Shown here: positions 61,930-64,000 of the stretch, piece after piece
Layout of the letters: every line of letters starts with the position of its first letter
Numbering within the stretch: the stretch's first letter is position 1
NCBI GenBank assembly: GCA_036521875.1
Contig: DATDGX010000138.1
Coordinates: forward strand, 5,875 to 69,874
Direction of reading: 5' to 3'
Length of the DNA stretch: 64,000 bases
Origin: Candidatus Binataceae bacterium
GTDB taxonomy: Bacteria > Desulfobacterota > Binatia > Binatales > Binataceae
Position numbers and translations under genes: made by a program
Notes under the pieces: model-generated
Databases searched by the model: none
Seen by the model: only the letters and a program-made list of their open reading frames with translations
Told to the model about the DNA's origin: nothing

Positions 61930-62140
61930 GCCGCCGAACGCGCAGGAGAGTCGAACGAACGAGGGCGGGGAATTGGATTTCGAGACTAGCCACAACGCGG
62001 TGCTTTCGGGCATCGTGCAAAACTTCCGCAGCCGTATCACGCCATCACCAATCGTCCAGGGCATGAATTGCGCTGAATCGAGAGCTGCACGATCGACACG
62101 AAGTGGTTGAGTAACTGATCCAAAACCCGCCATGGAAAAA
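61930..62140 (+). ncRNA. ssrS: candidate 6S RNA (ssrS) by conserved zapA-ssrS-5FCL synteny
   Basis: A 215-nt non-coding gap between zapA and the 5-formyltetrahydrofolate cyclo-ligase gene, all on the same strand. The 5' GGCCGCC/GGGCGGGG and 3' CCCGCC/GGCGG segments could form the closing stem. No covariance model was run. Confidence 0.4.
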
Positions 62141-62142
62141 CC

Positions 62143-62883
62143 GTGGCGGACGACAAGAAACATCTTCGCGCGATTCTGAGCGATTGCCGCGCGGCCTTTG
62201 CACCCGAGCGCGCAGCCGAGTGGTCGGCCGTCGTGCAGCGCCAGGTGCTCGCGAGTGATTTCTATCGCGATGCGCGAACGATCGTTCCCTACGCCGCCCA
62301 ACAGAATAACCAGCAGGAGGTTGCTACCAGCCTGGTCCTCGAGCACGCGCTTGGTTCGGGGCGCGCGGTGTTCTTTCCCCGGCTCGAGAGCGGCCGCGAC
62401 GGTGCCCGTCGTATCGTGGCAGCGCGGATTCGCGACGCCGGCGCGCTTGTGCCCGGCGCCTTCGGGATACTCGAGCCGAACGCCGATGCCGAAGTCGCCG
62501 AACCGTCAGCGCTCGGCGCCGCATCAACGTTGATCTGCGTCCCGGGGCTTGCCTTCACCCTCGAAGGCGATCGCCTCGGCCGTGGCGGAGGCCATTATGA
62601 TCGTTTCCTCGCCGAAGCCGGCCCGGAAGCGATCAGTGTGGGATTCGCCTATTCGTTCCAGCTGCTCGATCGGATTCCTCGCGAGGCATCCGACGCGCGG
62701 CTCAACTTTATCGTGACCGAGTCCGCCGTCCATCGGGCCTGCGATGCGCCACTGCCAGCCCCACGGACACGGACCGAGGAGGTACACCCGGGTGATGTGG
62801 ATAGCAGCAATCCTGGGATTCATCGTTGGTGGCGCGGTCTTATTCGCATGGGGAATTTTGCAGCGGCGCACGGACGCCGTTGA
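62143..62883 (+). CDS. 5-formyltetrahydrofolate cyclo-ligase
   Basis: GTG start. Has the C-terminal-domain motif GRGGGHYDRFL (the GGGYYDR family signature). A ~45-aa non-conserved tail reads through into the rny start. Confidence 0.8.
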   Translation: MADDKKHLRAILSDCRAAFAPERAAEWSAVVQRQVLASDFYRDARTIVPYAAQQNNQQEVATSLVLEHALGSGRAVFFPRLESGRDGARRIVAARIRDAGALVPGAFGILEPNADAEVAEPSALGAASTLICVPGLAFTLEGDRLGRGGGHYDRFLAEAGPEAISVGFAYSFQLLDRIPREASDARLNFIVTESAVHRACDAPLPAPRTRTEEVHPGDVDSSNPGIHRWWRGLIRMGNFAAAHGRR

Positions 62884-63990
62884 CTTGGAGGCCGCGCGTT
62901 CACAGGCCGAAGAAATAACCAGGGAGGCGGAGAGCCAGCGACAACTTCTGATCAAAGAGGCTGAAGTAAAAGCCAAGGACCTGCTGGTCGGCGCGCGCGC
63001 CGACGCCGAGCGCGATATGCGCGAAAATCGGCGTGAGCTGCAGGCGATGGAGGCCAAGCTCGAAACGCGCGAAGAGAGTTTCGAGAAGCGCCAGGAGGCG
63101 TTCGAGCGGCGCGAGGCCGAATCGAATCGGCGCGAGCAGAGCCTGCGCGCGCGCGAGAAAAATATCGGCGACAAGGAAGCGCAGCATCAGCAGCTAATCG
63201 ACGAGGCTCGCGCGCGCCTGGAAGCGGTCGCCGGACTCACCCGCGAGGAAGCCAAGCGAGGCCTCATCGAAGAGATGACCGGGCAGGCGCGCACCGAAGC
63301 GGCCAACCATATCCGGGTCGTCGAGGAAGAGGCGCGCGAGGAGGCGGATCGCCGCGCCAAGCGGATCATCTCGATCGCTATCGAGCGGCTCGCCGGCGAG
63401 TTCGTCGCCGAGCGCACCGTCTCGGTTATCGCGCTGCCCTCCGACGAGATGAAGGGCCGCATCATCGGCCGCGAGGGACGCAACATCCGCGCGATCGAGG
63501 CTGCCACCGGGGTCGACATAATCATCGATGACACGCCGGAAGCGGTCGTGATTTCATGCCACAACCCGATTCGCCGCGAGATTGCGCGGGTCGGTCTCGA
63601 GCAGCTCATCTCCGACGGCCGCATCCATCCGGGCCGCATCGAAGAGGTGATTCGCAAGGCCGAGCAGCAGGTCGAAGAGTCGATTCGCGAGGCGGGCCAG
63701 CGCGCGATAATCGAGGTCGGCGTGCACGGGATTCATCCCGAACTGGTGAAGCTGCTCGGGATGCTGAAGTACCGCTACAGCTACGCGCAGAACGTCCTGA
63801 TGCACTCGATCGAAGCGGCGTTCATCTGCGGTTCGATGGCGGCGGAGCTGGGACTCAACGAAAAACAGGCGCGCCGCGCAGCTCTGCTGCACGACATCGG
63901 CAAGGCGCTGACCCACGAGGTGGAAGGCTCGCACGCGCTGATCGGCGCCGAAATCGCGCGCAAGTACGGCGAGTCGGCGAAGATCGTCAA
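62795..63990 (+). CDS. rny: ribonuclease Y, N-terminal ~400 codons (3' end outside the window)
   Basis: ATG 62795 has a GAGGAGG RBS. The product has an N-terminal TM (MWIAAILGFIVGGAVLFAWGI), a coiled coil, a KH domain (IIGREGRNIRAIEAATGVDIIIDD) and an HD domain (LLHDIGKA). The frame is open to the window edge. Confidence 0.85.
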
Positions 63991-64000
63991 CGCGATCGCG

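Overview
This is a 64-kb, high-GC (roughly 65-70%) chromosomal segment from a Gram-negative bacterium. The gene content (Tad/Flp pilus genes, RNase Y together with RNase E/G, smc-ftsY, zapB-zapA-ssrS-5FCL synteny, a heme cluster containing sirC-like and cobA-hemD genes) points to a deltaproteobacterium- or acidobacterium-like lineage, but that taxon call is inference only. Coding density is high on both strands.

The blocks, in order:
- 1-10.3 kb: several alpha/beta hydrolases, an LLM flavin monooxygenase plus an acetoacetate-decarboxylase-like pair, a small lower-GC HicB / wHTH / HicA toxin-antitoxin islet, a truncated SDR gene remnant, a trypsin-like lipoprotein, tRNA-Asn and an epoxide hydrolase.
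- 11.1-18.9 kb: a Tad pilus secretion block, tadC-tadB-cpaF-cpaE-cpaC-cpaB, with no pilin or prepilin peptidase gene.
- 19.9-26.5 kb: a heme/siroheme cluster (sirC-like, ccsA/hemX-like, hemA, hemC, cobA-hemD fusion, hemB).
- 26.7-31.7 kb: miscellaneous enzymes.
- 31.9-37.7 kb: lon, galT, glgA, rnhA.
- 38.9-39.8 kb: four tandem paralogous genes for ~56-60-aa peptides with a strongly conserved C-terminal hydrophobic helix, divergent from an ICMT-family membrane methyltransferase. This is the most unusual locus in the window.
- 40-45.6 kb: a 5'-3' exonuclease, a GH1 beta-glucosidase, trxB flanked by REP-like palindromic repeats, and moaC.
- 45.6-46.2 kb: a 0.6-kb intergenic array of ~115-nt low-GC tandem repeats with an inverted terminal copy.
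- 46.3-64 kb: an rRNA methyltransferase, a Ycf48-like BNR lipoprotein plus an RND/MMPL transporter, RNase E/G, an HNH nuclease, smc, ftsY, zapB-zapA, a candidate 6S RNA, 5-FCL, and the start of RNase Y.

Every call rests on reading the supplied translations and the raw sequence. No database search was run.
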